A stretch of DNA of 62,620 nucleotides, counting the filler. It is 14 parts of 14 records of this genome, joined end to end, with 100 filler letters (N's around TTAATTAATTAA, not from the genome) between each part and the next. Parts side by side here need not be neighbours in the genome. Positions count along the whole stretch, not along the records: positions 45,807 to 55,104 come from SRR7504441_106209; positions 55,205 to 59,080 come from SRR7504441_106236; positions 59,181 to 62,620 come from SRR7504441_106250; 11 more parts are not named here. One strand, given 5' to 3'. The notes below the pieces were generated by a model. The model was not told the DNA's origin. It saw only the letters and a list, made by a program, of their open reading frames with translations, and made no database searches. Within the stretch, counting starts at the first letter, position 1; every line of letters starts with the position of its first letter. The position numbers and the translations under genes were made by a program. Shown here one piece after another: positions 48,219 to 59,605 of this stretch.

Positions 48219-48612
48219 TCACGACGTGCTAGGGCAAGGGTGCTTGAGGGTGTGTTCATCAATGATCGATGTCACACTACGAAAATATTTGTACTTACTA
48301 CTACTACTACGAAGATTATACTACAAAGTACGAGTACATAGAGTAGCTCGGACCAGAGCTATACTTCGGCCACAATTATAATTAGGACCAAAGATAAATT
48401 TAGATGCGAAAAATTGATATTTAACATGAGCGTTCAGAGGCGCTATTTACATAACGGCTGTTTTCTATTGTAATTATATGAATTATACGGGTACAGGCTG
48501 ATTGAGCGCCGACGTGATTACCTCATAGCAGTAAGTACTCGTACGTACAAATCTAAAGTCAAGGCTCTACTCCTTCGCCCGGTGGGGCATACCGACCGGC
48601 CCAACGGCCACA

Positions 48613-49875
48613 TCACGGCAACGTCTGATAACCGACAGCAACAATATTGGATTGAATCGCATCGTCGGTTGCTGTGGAGGTAACACCAGCCGCCATGAAG
48701 CCCTGCATACCCGCCATCAGCACATGCCCATCGCACTCAATACAGTGGGACCTCATAAAAGCTGCCGACAGCTCCATTCGAGTTGTCACCGCCGGTCCCC
48801 AAAATAATGGCGCCCTGCTTCCGCATCGGCTGATACGTGCCATTGAAGCCGTGCCAATGACAGTCATTTGGGTTTGAAACGCCCTTGATCGGTCGGGCGC
48901 CATCGTACATGGTCTCGAGTGCTCCTCGGGTCGCATCGCCACCCTTGAGCGCAAACCCATCGGTCCGGCCCTTGAGGTGCAGACTCACAAACTCGCTGGT
49001 CAACGGTTTGTTGCCTGGATTCACTTTGGTGACATTCCCGCCGCCTGTGCCTCCAGTCAAAGGCGGCGACCAGTGCCACGCGCCGAAATACATCCCAGAC
49101 TCAAAATCTGCTCCGACCCACGGGCCGCTTCCGGAGCCGGTGTTGCCGAGCCAGTGGGCGTTGCCAAAGTATATCGCTTCCATGGCGCCACAGGCGTAAT
49201 CTCCAGTGTGCACAGGCTGGGCCGTGGAGTTCTCAGAGTTGCCTGAGCACACCACCACCTCAAACGCCAGATGGCACAGCAAGCCGTACCGTAGTCAAAA
49301 CAGCAGGCACCGTTGTAATGAGTCCCGCTCATCACGGCTGGAGCGCATGGTCATTACGGTTGAAGCAGCACGGCACACCGTAAATGGATTCGGGGTCGTT
49401 CCCCTTGGCGATCCCGCTGGTGTGGTCGACGTGATAACCATGCCCAGGATCGAACCACATTCCAAACGCCTGCTTCCCACCGGCCACTCCGATCTTGTGC
49501 TTCGAGGCGTTAACCATCAGGTGCACTACTCCGTCGCTGATCCGCTGACCCAGGTGGTTTCCGTGCGCCGACTGATCGAAGATGTTTTTGATCACGCAGT
49601 CCCCAGCCGCACAGAAGCGCTCGTGCGCATCGATGTCCGCGAACCCGCCACGCACTCCGATGTCGGCGGAGGAGTTATCGGGCCTGGCCACCCTGTAGAG
49701 CGGCCCGGCGTAGCGAGAGAACAGGCTTCTGACTGTGCTGTGCGCTGCAACGCACGGGTTGCCCGCGGCAGCGAGGATGTCGCCTGTCACACAGTCAAGC
49801 AGGTGCTCACTGTGCGGACTCACAAGGGCCTTCGGTGGCGGCCGCCCCGGCAGCGATAAGGAGAGCCCACAACAT
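48613..49875 (-). CDS. Secreted GH54 alpha-L-arabinofuranosidase B catalytic domain, about five introns
   Basis: Signal peptide, then GPCDILAAAGNPCVAAHSTVR, HYNGACCFDYGNSE, MEAIYFG, GPWVGADFESG, KQGAIILGTGGDNS and IQSNIVAVGY. Confidence 0.92.
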
Positions 49876-49925
49876 CTTACTCGGGTTGCCGAGTAACGGC
49901 AAACCCGGCCCGGGCGCCTCTGATC

Positions 49926-52614
49926 ATGACTCACCGCGTGTTGCCGCGATCGGCCGTGCTATTGCTGTGCGTAGCTGCCTCCGCGCTCTCTCCGCCCGGG
50001 CAGAAGGCGCCCGCCACGTGAGCCGCCCGCCAGCTTGCCGGGCAGGTGGCTGTGCTGGACTCGGGCGAGGCGGTGGGCGCCCGACTGGGTGCGCTGCTTG
50101 CCGGCTGGTCAAAGTGGCCCCAGAGTCGCTGGACTCGGCTAACCCGCCGGCAGGGAGGCCCTGGCCGCCCGGGGCCGGTTTGTGATCGCGGTATCCGGGG
50201 GGAGCTCGCTCAAGGCGCTTGAAACCGGCCTGCGCGCCCAGCCCGGGATGCGCACCGACAACTGGCACGTGCTGTTGGCCGACGAGAGGATGGTACCAGC
50301 GGTAACCGCCCCTGTCTGAGCCGTCGGGCCCACCGTCGGGCCGGCAGGAGCATCCGGAGAGCAACTTTGGGGCTGTGAATCGAATGTTTGCCGGATTCCC
50401 CGCGGAGGGCCGAAGGGTGTACCCCGTGCCTATGCCGTCCGGGACCAACCTGGCCGGGGGGTCGGCTGAGTTGTACGAAGGGCTGATCCGCCTGCTAATC
50501 GATGACGACCACCCCGCACTCGACTGTGTGCTGCTGGGTGCAGGCTCCGATGGGCACACGGCCTCTCTCTTCCCTGTGAAATCCGGCCAGGGCAGGGCCT
50601 CACTGCGCGGGGCAGGGCCGGCCGTCACTGCAGGCTCCGGCGGGCAGACTGGTTGTGGCCGAAGAGGCCTCGCCCAAGCCGCCCTCGAGTCGGGTCTCAC
50701 TGAGTCTCGCGATGCTGAACAGGTCGGTGGCCTGTGCTCAACTGTCTCACCGATATGCAGCGCCCGGCATGCAGTCTTCACAGTGACTGGAGACGGGAAG
50801 CAGCAAATGCTCCGGCGCAGCCTGGCTGGCTGCAGGCCAGATGGCTCGGACCCCGACACCCCGGCTGGCTCTGTCTCGCTCGGTTCCGACGTCGTATGGT
50901 GGCTTTTGGACTCGGCTTCAGCGCCCGACTGCGCTCGTAAGTGCAGCGGGCCCGACGTGGGCGCCTCGGCGGCCAGCAGCACCTCGTTTGTCTGGTTTGG
51001 GTCGCGCGGCGCTCTTGCAAAGAAATATACCTGGAAGGTCGTGTTTGACTTGTACCAGAAGGGGCAGCTGCAGGATGCAACGGTGCATCCAATCGGGAGC
51101 GGACCGCCCGAGAAAGGCCCAGCGTTCATTGAGCAAATGCTCAGTGAGAGGGCGAGCTGCCTCGCAGGCCAGACTGAACCCGAATGCGCCGCGCTCAAAC
51201 AACGGTGATTGGCAGTTGGGCCGTGCAAGCTGGTGGCAGGTTTGGTTCTGAAAAGATGAGCTACAGCCAGCTGACTCGCACAAAGGACCAGGCTGAGCTG
51301 GCAGCACAGTATGCGACGGTGCGGCCAGCTGGGACTGCCTCACGCTGTGCTGCCAGATGGCCTCCAACATCGCTAGCAAGCTGCCAGGCGGAAACGAGAC
51401 TCGCGTGTTCTATCTTTCGGTCCCGGACTCGGCCCACGTGGGGATGGTCGACTTGATCACCCAGCACGCAATGCCGGCAGCAGGCACTGCCCGGTTCGTG
51501 ATAGAGAAACCGTTCGGGTCGAGCCTGCGCGATTGCCTGGCAAGACAGCAAGCGCTCGAACGGCATGGGCTGCAGTCTGGCCAGATCTGGAGGCTAGATC
51601 ACTACCTGGGCAAGCGTGGGGTGCGAGGGCTGCTGGACTTCAGGCAGCAGAACCCGGCGTGGGAGGCCAAGTGGAGCCGAGAGCACATTAAGTTGCTTGA
51701 GGTGGTGGTGCAAGAGAGCGAGGACGTGGCAGACCGGATAGACTTTTATGCCGAAACTGGTGTGGTGCGCGATATGATGGTCAACCACATGATGGAGCTG
51801 TTCGCCACAGCCACGATGGAGTTCCCGTCCGATTGGGCCAACGCCTCGCAGGTGCCCGAGCAGCGTGCCCGGCTGCTTGAGAGCGTGGCGCCGATCCAAC
51901 GACAAGACATCCTACTAGCGCAGTACGCAGAGTACGCGGAGCACTATGCTGCGCACTTTGAGCGCAGCCGGGGTGCCCGGCAGATCCCGGACGGCGACAA
52001 GGCACCCACGCTCGGGTAGGTGCTTGCCAGGCTAGGTGGTGATACTGGTGCAGGTACGCAAGGCTGCGGATCCCGAATCCGCGGTGGGAAGGCGTAGACT
52101 TCGCGATTGTGCACGCCAAGGCCGTGGATGTTCGCCGGGCGTATGTCCGAGTGGCGTTCCGGGACGGTGCCGAGCTGTTGTTTCATATACAGGGCGGTAA
52201 GGGCAACGAATTTATTGCGATCAAGCAGAGCAGCCTGGGCATGCAGATGGACGGCTGGCAGCAGGCGGACTCTCATGGCGGGCAAAAGGTGTGGATGCCG
52301 ACAACCAAGGCGCTACAAGCCTACGAGGTCGGCCTGTGGCTGGCCGTGTGTGTGATTGTTCGCCGTAGGTGCTGCTCGGTGATGCCATCAAGGGCGACGA
52401 CTCGTACTTTGTGACGTTTGGCGAAGTTATTGCTGGCTACAGAGCATGGGACAGCGTCATGGACTTTGTCCCAATTCCAGGCCGATACCCCAAGGGCGCC
52501 GACTTGCACTCGGCGGTAGTCGCGGCAGCACGAGCTGCAGCCGAGTCACAGCAAGCTTCGGGCAGCCTCTGCTCCGTTCCGGAGGTGTGTGCGCCACCGA
52601 TTATCGACATTTAG
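49926..52614 (+). CDS. Signal-peptide-bearing 6-phosphogluconolactonase::glucose-6-phosphate dehydrogenase fusion with an H6PD-type dehydrogenase domain
   Basis: 6PGL: IAVSGGS, LADERMVP..HPESNF, LLGAGSDGHTASLFP, SPKPPSSRVSL. G6PD: FGSRGALAKKYTW, FYLSVP, EKPFG, RLDHYLGK, GVVRDMMVNH. The domain junction lies inside one exon. Confidence 0.88.
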
Positions 52615-53064
52615 CGAAATGCAATGGCTAGGCCTAGCTAGGCCAACCATCTAGACGATGTCATTTTCGCTATGCTCGAGGCGGTGTGATTACTCCGCTA
52701 TGCTTTAAATTTCAAAGCATGACTTATGTTCAATCAATCAAAAGCCTGTCACCTCCGGTTGCTGCCGCGGCGCCGCTGCCGCTCGATGCAGCCGCGTGCC
52801 TCCGTGTTGAATAGAGCAGTTTTTGCCTTTTGTTAGTCGGGACCTCTAGAGACCTCGGATCTTGAACGTCATCGCGCCATGCGAACGCATGCTTCGATGC
52901 TCAAGTCGTAACCCGAGCGAACACGAACCCCTGGTACCGCACTGATGGCTCCTCCATTGCTACCGTAGGAAGGCCTTCAGCTGTGGGGCCAACGTGAAGC
53001 CGTTGGGTTGAGAGAAGCCGCAGCGGACGCTAGGCTCGGGCAAACCCTGGCGTGTGCACACAGC

Positions 53065-54284
53065 ATGGCTGAGCAAGGCGGCCGTCCGGGCGCTGCCTTA
53101 CCCCTTCTGGCGACGGTGGCGCCCAAGCTCGCTGAGGATGAAGAGCCGGGTAAGGCCGGCGTTTCACACGAGGATTGTGGGCCTGAAGACCACATGTGCG
53201 GGGCATACTACTGTCTACTCCTGTCAGCAGCGGGGCTGTTGGTACTATTCTTCCTCTGGCTGCACATCCATCGGCACCCAGCGGCGAACAGTAGCGGCGC
53301 CGAACTGTCGAGAGAGCCTATATCGGAGACGGTGAATGCTTCACCCGTCCATGCGGTCATTCCCGAGACTGGTCAGTCCAAGCTCCCAAGCCCAGACTTG
53401 TCCGAGTCTTTGAACGAGCTGATGGGTGTGCACGGCAGCGACGCCACCACAGTGCTGCCTCCGGTAGCCCAGCCGAGCGCGGGGCAGGAGGTTGTGAAGC
53501 GCGTGGCTCAGTTCCTGCACGGGCTTCGAGAGCACGGCGAAACTCTCACCAGGTGCAGCAATCCGGCCGGGTTGGACGGCGGGCAGCGGGGAGCTCGGAG
53601 CGGTGCGCCAGTTTTACACTGAGAAGACCGGTCTTATACTCCGTCGGTATGATCGCCTGTGGAGGGACACGTCGTATGGCGACTACGGCGTGAGCGTGCG
53701 TGGACTGGCGGTGGGTGTTCCGCGTTAGTGCATGTGAGGTCCAGGGCAGGAGGCGACACGGAAGGGCTTGGACCACGAGGCACAGATAAATCGGATCAAA
53801 GGCGACCAGGTGGTGCCACACTCGATCTTTGAGTGACATTGTCATATCGCAGCCCAAGGTGACTGAAGGCGACGTGGCGCAATTGCTCGAGCATTTGATC
53901 GACACGGCAAATCTTTCGGGATTCCTGGACCGGTTCATCAACGCCCGTCACAAGGGGTTTGTTGCCCCCACTGAGCGGCCGAAGCACGAGAAGGTAAATA
54001 CCAACTTCAACCAGCAGACGTCTGAGCTTCAAGCGCTACAAAAGGACGAAGATCAGATGGAGGAGATCACAGATGAGGTCGCCCGGCTATTCGGGTCGAT
54101 CAAGAGCGGCAAGCCGCCAGTCGAGGCTAATTCCCCCGTCAGTACCACAGGTGACTTGGCCAACGGATGAGACTCAGTGTTGTTAGGGTCGCTAGAGGAG
54201 CGGGTGAAGGGCGAGACTGACCGGCTCAAAGGGCTCACCCAGCAGCTGCAGACTGAGATCCAGCATGTGCACGGCACACAATAG
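53065..54284 (+). CDS. Hypothetical single-pass membrane protein with coiled-coil C-terminus; start uncertain
   Basis: TM YYCLLLSAAGLLVLFFLWL. ORFs can be joined through short introns. Confidence 0.45.
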
Positions 54285-54695
54285 TCTCTGACGATCACCA
54301 AACCAATTTCTTTTATACGGATTGGACAAGTGGCAGCGGTCGATGCAACAAAGTATGCCAAGAAGAAGCTAGGCTATCTGCCGGTTGGTGGCCGGATGGA
54401 GGATGTTCTTACGTTCTTAGTAGATCTACCGAACAAGCTTCAACTGACCTTCGTCATAACGTAAAAATAACGGCACTCTCAGCTGATGGTATCATCTTCA
54501 TTTTCACATCAACGCGCGAAGCCTCACATTAAGCCTCACATCTATATAATTATCACATCTATTCCAAAATATATTATGGTATAAAATCTAATATTCTTCA
54601 TTCCATTTATATGCACCCGTACGAATATTCAAGTACACATCATGACATGACTGTACTCGTCACACCGTACCATACATGTGTAGTACCTAGTACGC

Positions 54696-54733
54696 TACTA
54701 CCGGTAGTACTCGTAGGAGTACTCCTACGAGTA
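54696..54733. repeat. Overlapping perfect palindromes (14 bp and 26 bp) in GTAC-rich DNA
   Basis: TACTACCGGTAGTA (54696-54709) and TACTCGTAGGAGTACTCCTACGAGTA (54708-54733). Confidence 0.9.
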
Positions 54734-55487
54734 ACAGTACTCGGTGCACAAGCAGGGTGCCCCAGGAAAAGGAGCTTCGCCCAAGGTCTAACGGCACGAA
54801 GCGTCGCAAGTCGACTTCCGCTTGTGCCACAACCTCTGCAAGGAGCGCCCCACAATGTGCCAGACTCCGGCCGGTTTCTGGCAAGATCCGTCTTGGCATT
54901 TGTAAGCGCTCTCGCACTCTTCATCGATGGTGCATTTATCGTCGGTGCCCCCACGCTTGCAGCATCCATCCACGCAGTATTGATAGTCCTCGCAGCGTCC
55001 CTCGCGGCGGTGTGCGGTGGTCTCAAGTTCTCCAAACTTCTCGCCGCAAACGCAGACCCACCACGCCGACGCGACGGACTCTTGGAGCAGGTGGCCGGAG
55101 GCACNNNNNNNNNNNNNNNNNNNNNNNNNNNNNNNNNNNNNNNNNNNNTTAATTAATTAANNNNNNNNNNNNNNNNNNNNNNNNNNNNNNNNNNNNNNNN
55201 NNNNCGGCGGACGGCTGAGCGGCAGCAGCGCTGAGGCGCACAGTGTTGCCTGCCAGGCCGCTGACCTAAGGGCGGCCCGGATGCGCTGGCAGCTCGATGA
55301 GAGCTCTCCACTGGACTGACTCGCCTTTGCGTAGATGTTGAACCCGGTAGGCCGGGCTGCACGCACCGAGGTTATGGTCCAGGAATAGTTTGCACGCTTT
55401 ATTTTCTAAAATTACGTCTAGAAACCCCTTAAGGCCTAGCGTACACTCGGCATATTCGTCTATAACGCGACGTAAATGCACACGACA

Positions 55488-56801
55488 TCATCGCCCCTCA
55501 GCAGCCACCTCCTCCACCAAGTGCTCGGGCTTATCAGCCTGGCCGTCAAACCGATCTCTGAGCAGTGCAGCTGCAATGCAGCCGCGCGGGGCCGGCCGCT
55601 CGGTCCAGAGCTCAAACTGAGCGCAGCCTTGCTCGAAAAGCATCTCCAGCCCCTCCACGATGGCACACCCGCAGTGCTTTGCATCGAGCAGCAGCCCTGT
55701 CAGTCGGTGCCCGGAGCTCGACGACTTGTACGCCGCGTCTATCACCACCGGCCGCAGCCTGGCCAGCGCGCCTGCCTGCTGGTAAGCCCCCAGGAGCGCT
55801 CGGGCGGTGCCTTCGGGCAGCTGCAAGCTCGCTGCTCCTGGCACTGTTGACATCACCAAGTCGAGCCTGGACCGCGGCTCCCCCCGGCCCGGGCATGGAC
55901 GCACCGGGCGCAGTCCCGGAGTGAGTCGAGGCTGGTCAGTGGCTTGAACACGTCCAGGCCCCATTTGGCACACAGCGCCTCGGCCCGTTGCATCGTCCGG
56001 TTGTACACCTGCCACGCTGCTCCCCCCCCCCCTCCGGGCCAGGCGCACCATCACTCGCCCGACGCCGAGCGCCTTGAACGCGTAGCAGGCCGCCTGGGCA
56101 GTCCCGCCCGCCCCGATAATGAGCCCGACCTGCCCTCTGTGCGCGCCTGCCCGGAGCCAGCCGACCATGGATCTCGGCTCTTTCAGCGCCGCAGACGGGA
56201 TGAGCGGGCGCGCCTGGCCGAGGATCCCGAGCCAGTCGGTGTTGTGCCCGTGCAGCCGCCCGTCAGAAAGCTTGGTCACCGTGTTGACTGCTCCGATCGC
56301 CGCGGCCTAGCTCGACCTCGGCCCGGCCCGGCAGCACGGGCACCTCGGGGCTGAGCTCGCTCATGTGCGGCAGAATCACCTCCTGTCGGCCCAGCTCACT
56401 CGGCCCAGCCAGCGGGTCGCCTTGAGCGGGATGGTGACGGAGCCCCCGGCTGTACTCGGCTCGGCCAGCTTGCTCAGGAATCCTTCGACTGTCCCGGTCT
56501 CGCAACGGCCGTATCGCCAGGTGAGCCCGAGCCGAGCAAATCCTGGCCGTGCGGGTCAGCCGCGCCGGCAGGCCGCCCGACCGGCGTTGTGGATGACGGG
56601 CGAGGCGGATAGCGAGACTGGATCCCCGAAGATGTAGTACTGACTCCGGGGAGGCGGAGGCGGGTCCCAGCGCCCGATCCGCGTCGAGAGCTGCTCGATG
56701 TCGAGCTGAACAGCCGCCGCCGCCATCATGTCGCCCGTGGCCAGCAGCCTCCGCCGCTGCTCCCGCAGGTCGACCAGCTCGGCCCGGTGCATCCCGAGCA
56801 T
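55488..56801 (-). CDS. aroE: Shikimate dehydrogenase (AroE family), multi-exon
   Basis: YIFGDPVSLSASPVIHN, GGSVTIPLK, IGAVNTV, GHNTDWLG, IGAGGTAQAA, DAAY and GLEMLFEQG..QFELWT. Confidence 0.9.
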
Positions 56802-56878
56802 GATCCTACCTGAAAAATACCGGTACGAATCACTAATTAAAAATCGACTGCTGTCACACATCCCGAAATTTTATCCAA

Positions 56879-58597
56879 ATGCTGATGATGATCCTCGCCC
56901 TGCTCGCTGGGGCCACTGTCGCCGCGGGCTCCGGGCTGGTGGTGAACACCAGCCTGGGCCCAGTGCTCGGGACCCGCGGGCTGAGCTGGAGTGGATCCCC
57001 GGTCCGCGTCTGGTACTCGATCCCGTACGGAGAGTCCACCGCTGGGAACCACCGCTGGCGTCCGCCACGGCCCAAGCAGCCGTGGGGCGCGCGCGTGCGG
57101 GCAGCAACCGGCTGGGGGCCGGCCTGCCCGCAGAAATTCGACACCAGGGGCGTGCTCAACATCTCCATGGCCGAGGATTGCCTGAGCCTCACAATCTGGG
57201 CCCCGGGCAGCGTACCAACCCACCGGCTGCTCCCAGTGCACGTCGACCTGTGCGGTGGCTCGTTCGCCACCGGCGGTGGGTTCTTTCCGTCGGTGAATGG
57301 CGGCGAGTTGGCTGGGTCCGGCCGGATGCTGCACGTAAGCCCCAATTTTAGGGTCGGGCCGCTCGGATTCCACGCGCACCCCGCGTTCCGGGCCGAGCAG
57401 CCGACTGGGACGGTGGGCAACTACGGGCAGGCCGACCAGCGGCTGGCGATCGAGTGGGTCAAGGCCAACATCAGGCAGTTCGGCGGGGACCCCGAGAGGA
57501 TCACCATCTCCGGCGAGTCCTCGGGCGCCTCGAATGTGATGGGACACATGCTCAGTCTGCAGACCCGGCCTGGGCTGTTTCGGGGGGTGGCGGTGGAGGA
57601 TGGGGACGGCGTGGCTATGTTCTGGCCGGTGGCGGCCGCGATGGCCCGCGGGGAGGCTCAGCAGGCCAAGATGGGCTGCAACGGGTCAAGCCTGCCCGAC
57701 CTGCCCGCAGTGGCGAGCTGCATGCGCAATCTGAGCTGGCGGCACATTGTGGACACGGACGCGCTGTGGGAGTGGCGGCGCGGCCCAGTGATTGACGGAC
57801 ACGAGTGGACTGACAGCCCGCTCGCCATGCTCCGGACGGGCCATCCTGTAGTCGGGGAGCGGGCGTACATCGGGCAGGTGCGAGACGAGGGAGGGCTCTT
57901 CCTGCAGGGTTTCCTCTGGATCACTCAGCCGGAGCTGGACGAGCTGCTGATCTTCTTGTTCGGGGCCGTCTCGGCCGTAGAGCTCCGTGTGCTCTATCCA
58001 CCGGCCGAGTTTAAGCAGCGCTGTGGTGCTGCAGCTCCTTTCTGTGCACTCGCAGATATCGTGGGCGATCTGTTGTTCAGCTGTTCGACCCGCGACTTTG
58101 CGCGGGCGGCGGTCGGAGCCGGGCTGGCAGTCCATTACTGGGTGTTGCAGTACGTGCCGCCTTGTGATCCAGTGTATGATATGAACATATCGGGATCGGA
58201 GCTGAGTTGGCGGCTCGGAGCGTACCATGGGCTCTCTCTAGCGTATCAGGAAGGCAATCGGTATGATGGGGCCAAACCGAGCTGTCTGATGCGCACCAAC
58301 GAGTCGCTCGCGCTGTGGGAGACAGCTCACCAGTACTTTGTCAATGCAATTGCGACGGGCGACCCAAACCCGAATGGCTCGCTGCCTGAGTTCAAGCAGT
58401 ACACGGGGCCGGCCTGGCCGCAGCAGGGTCTGGATCTGAACGTGACTGGGCTGCGGGACTTTAAGGCAATTAAGTGCGCGTTCTGGAGCAGCAAGGACCG
58501 GTTCAGGTTCTATGCCAAGCTTGTCGCCTACCAGGAGTCGCTCACAGCACCGACTGCAGCGCCGACCAGCTCTCCAACGCTCGCCCCGACTCATTGA
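56879..58597 (+). CDS. Secreted type-B carboxylesterase/lipase, intronless
   Basis: Signal peptide, SIPYG, EDCLSLTIW, GGSF, GNYGQADQ..A..WV..NI..FGGDP..ITISGESSG (catalytic Ser) and GAYH. Confidence 0.93.
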   Translation: MLMMILALLAGATVAAGSGLVVNTSLGPVLGTRGLSWSGSPVRVWYSIPYGESTAGNHRWRPPRPKQPWGARVRAATGWGPACPQKFDTRGVLNISMAEDCLSLTIWAPGSVPTHRLLPVHVDLCGGSFATGGGFFPSVNGGELAGSGRMLHVSPNFRVGPLGFHAHPAFRAEQPTGTVGNYGQADQRLAIEWVKANIRQFGGDPERITISGESSGASNVMGHMLSLQTRPGLFRGVAVEDGDGVAMFWPVAAAMARGEAQQAKMGCNGSSLPDLPAVASCMRNLSWRHIVDTDALWEWRRGPVIDGHEWTDSPLAMLRTGHPVVGERAYIGQVRDEGGLFLQGFLWITQPELDELLIFLFGAVSAVELRVLYPPAEFKQRCGAAAPFCALADIVGDLLFSCSTRDFARAAVGAGLAVHYWVLQYVPPCDPVYDMNISGSELSWRLGAYHGLSLAYQEGNRYDGAKPSCLMRTNESLALWETAHQYFVNAIATGDPNPNGSLPEFKQYTGPAWPQQGLDLNVTGLRDFKAIKCAFWSSKDRFRFYAKLVAYQESLTAPTAAPTSSPTLAPTH

Positions 58598-58648
58598 TTA
58601 ATTAATTGATTGAAAATAGGTACATTGTATTAATAGAATTAAGGCAGT

Positions 58649-59051
58649 TCAGTCGATTGGGACCGTCGAGCCGAGACCTAGCTCCGGGGCCAGCATGTTG
58701 TTCCTAGCCAACTCCTCCCCGCGCGCTCTAGAGGTGGGAGCCCACGGCGGCGCCAGCTGCCCCACCGGCTCAGCAGCCCGCCCCAGCCGCGCTGCACACC
58801 GGCTTCTGCGCGGCCGCCTGCCGCCGCCGCCGGTTCTGGGTGGCCTGAGCCTGCTTGGCAGCGCTGATCTTCCGGTCGTTCTCCGCCTTCTCCGCCCGGC
58901 GGCGCTGGACGTCCAGGGCAAGCTGGAGCACCTGCTGGCGCTTGGCGGTACTCGGGGCAGCTTTGCAGTCCGCTGCGTACTGCGTGTTGGCCCGGCGGCT
59001 CAGTGGGGCGGTGTAACCCACTTGCCACCGCCACGTCCGCCTGCCGTCCAT
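58649..59051 (-). CDS. Small basic hypothetical protein
   Basis: ATG at 59051 after an AT-rich upstream region, K/R/Q-rich helical ORF, probable short introns. Confidence 0.3.
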
Positions 59052-59605
59052 TTTATACCGAGTTTCTATATTTGTGCGAANNNNNNNNNNNNNNNNNNNN
59101 NNNNNNNNNNNNNNNNNNNNNNNNTTAATTAATTAANNNNNNNNNNNNNNNNNNNNNNNNNNNNNNNNNNNNNNNNNNNNAAGTGTTGTTGCAAAAGTGG
59201 TGACTATCCTCTCATGCATCCTCTCCCCCACCCGGTCGGTGACAGTGCGCGTCATTCGGTGTGCGTCGATGCGTCAGCTTGTAGTCCCCGTTGAACGGTA
59301 CGAGTATATTCCTTCTCGATTGCACGGACCCACGATACGCTCGCGCCCGCCTTTCCCTCCCTTGCCCCATGCAGTACTTCCCTTTGACATTTTAACGACT
59401 ATCCCCCCAATAAGCTGGCCAGCTGCCCGTGCAAAGCCTGGCTCAGGCCCTGGCTGCGGCCAGCCTTAAGTATTGCTAATCTATTGCTAATCGTTTACAC
59501 GTTTAAAACCAAGACGAATCGTTGTACATCGTTATTGAATGATGAACTGATGATGGATCGGTTTCATTAGCACTACGTAGATCGCACTACATCGACCCCC
59601 ATCGT

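Noticed and set aside
54788-55104. Cys-rich minus-strand frame (CEDYQYCVDGCC...CQDGSC) as a defined gene
   Set aside because: Short, at a contig edge, with several competing open frames and no family I can support.
4029-59180. Regularly recurring TTAATTAATTAA within N runs as a biological repeat or CRISPR-like array
   Set aside because: These are identical 100-nt artificial linkers. Gene adjacency across them has no biological meaning.
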